From Deltaproteobacteria bacterium (GTDB lineage Bacteria; Myxococcota_A; Polyangia; Polyangiales; JADJMO01): a stretch of DNA of 64,000 nt. The notes beneath the pieces were generated by a model. The model had not been told where the DNA came from, did not search any database, and worked only from the letters and a program-made list of their open reading frames with translations. A program made the translations under genes and the position numbers. The stretch's first letter is position 1. Every line of letters begins with the position of its first letter. The DNA lies in assembly GCA_022843175.1 (NCBI GenBank), contig JALHOE010000023.1, positions 3,011 to 67,010 of the forward strand, written 5' to 3'. Shown in pieces: positions 62,998 through 64,000 of the stretch.

Positions 62998-64000
62998 ATG
63001 CTCGCGCGGGTGAGCGGGGAGGTGGGGCTGCTGCGCTCGCGGGCCGAGCAGACGGCGCGCGCGGCGGTGATCCCCGCCGCGCTGCTGGCATTCGTCGCCG
63101 CGTCGGCGGCGCTCCTCACCGCGGCGCTGCTCGCGGCGATGCCGCTCGCGCTGCTGGTCGGCATTTTCGTGATGCTCCGCGGTGCCCTGGCGCAGCGCCC
63201 GGTCGTCGCGCGGGGCGCTCTTTCGATCCGCGACGGCTCCATCTTCCTCGGCGAGCGTCGCTTGTGCGCGCGCGACGCGGTGCGGTCCGGCACCGTCGTG
63301 CCCGACGAGATCGAGGGAACGCTGCTTCGACTGGAGCGAGGGAGCGGCGTCCCGATCGACCTCGTGCTGCCCGACGTCGAGACCGCGCGGGCAGCGCTGG
63401 CGTCCCTCGAGCTCGACCCGACGCGCGCGGTGGGCCGCTTCCACCTCCTCGCGCCCGATGTGCAGACGTTTCGCACGCGCTTGGTCATGGTCATCGTCGC
63501 GCTCCTCGCGTCGCTCGGCGCCTCGCTGATCGGCGCGGTCCTGAACGCACCGCTGGTGATCCCGCTGGTGCTCCTGCCGACCTTCGCCGCTGCGCTGTCG
63601 ATGATGGTTCCCGCGAAGACCACCGTCGGCACCGACGGGATCACCATCCGTCGCTTCGGCAAGGAGCTGTTTCTGCCGCTCGAGGGCGTGGCTCGGGCGG
63701 TCGCTGCCGAGGGCGAGACGGTGATGGGCTCGCCGATGAGCGTGGTGCGATTGCTCGGCCCGGATGGCGAGTTGCGCCACGAGCTCCTGGTCGACCAGAA
63801 GCGTAACGACGCCTTCGCCGAGGGCATGGACCGCGCGGTCGACGCGCGCGCCCGCGCGCTGGCCGAGCGGATCAACGAGACCCTCCGCCTGCGTGCGAGC
63901 GGTGGGTCCTTCGATCGGGCGACGCTCGTGCGAGGCGAGCGCGACCCCGCGGAGTGGGTCCGCGAGCTCCGCGCGCTGCTCGGGCGCACGGCGAGCTTTC
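62998..64000 (+). CDS. Membrane protein, unknown function (3' end outside window)
   Basis: It is absent from the ORF track because the frame runs off the window end. Hand translation from ATG 62998 gives MLARVSGEVGLLRSRAEQ..., with two pairs of TM segments and very strong GC3 bias. The listed ORFs 62973-63806(+), 62977-63780(-) and 62481-63989(-) are Arg/Ser-rich shadows. Confidence 0.6.
   Translation, partial: MLARVSGEVGLLRSRAEQTARAAVIPAALLAFVAASAALLTAALLAAMPLALLVGIFVMLRGALAQRPVVARGALSIRDGSIFLGERRLCARDAVRSGTVVPDEIEGTLLRLERGSGVPIDLVLPDVETARAALASLELDPTRAVGRFHLLAPDVQTFRTRLVMVIVALLASLGASLIGAVLNAPLVIPLVLLPTFAAALSMMVPAKTTVGTDGITIRRFGKELFLPLEGVARAVAAEGETVMGSPMSVVRLLGPDGELRHELLVDQKRNDAFAEGMDRAVDARARALAERINETLRLRASGGSFDRATLVRGERDPAEWVRELRALLGRTASF

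Noticed and set aside
62481-63989. 502-aa (-) ORF, and ORFs 62973-63806 (+) and 62977-63780 (-), at the right end of the window
   Set aside because: Their translations are Ser/Arg/Ala-rich. The third plus frame from ATG 62998 has strong GC3 bias and clear TM segments, and it runs off the window end. That is why it is missing from the ORF track.

Overview
High-GC window (about 70% by eye) with very dense coding. I count about 60 protein-coding genes. I found no rRNA, tRNA, CRISPR array, transposase or integrase. The gene content points to a myxobacterium-like (Myxococcota, Polyangia-type) chromosome: Hanks Ser/Thr kinases, an FHA/sigma-54 enhancer-binding protein, an ECF sigma factor, a TPR-CHAT protein, and about 20 lipobox lipoproteins with Asp-Thr-Gly-rich linkers. 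Most long ORFs in the six-frame track are GC-driven shadow ORFs with Arg/Ala/Gly-rich translations. Real genes were picked by recognisable motifs, GC3 bias, signal peptides and ATGA/GTGA start-stop coupling.

Main blocks:
1. 1-17.7 kb: kinase, WS/DGAT wax-ester/TAG synthase, secreted lipoproteins, a divergent TPR-CHAT / ECF sigma / membrane protein module, an acyltransferase-patatin-lipase trio, and Mpg glycosylase.
2. 18.1-19.2 kb: a striking cassette in which two inverted arrays of GCGTTC/GCGTCT hexamers bracket a 23S-rRNA-IVS-protein/Avd-like four-helix-bundle gene.
3. 19-38 kb: assorted enzymes and envelope proteins, a TetR plus fatty-acid hydroxylase pair with tandem palindromic operators, a hybrid histidine kinase, and a Ser/Thr kinase plus FHA-sigma-54 activator pair.
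4. 38.5-47.4 kb: a tightly coupled clade-II (Sec-type) nitrous-oxide reductase cluster, nosZ-cytc-nosB-like-nosD-nosF-nosL-nosY. It is followed on the same strand by a split small-protein pair and a GMC flavoprotein.
5. 47.5-64 kb: a peptidoglycan-recycling fusion enzyme, gpsA-glgP, an orphan ClpV/TssH ATPase coupled to a small ferredoxin-like protein, a di-haem cytochrome c, and an esterase.

All family assignments come from motif recognition by eye, not from database searches.
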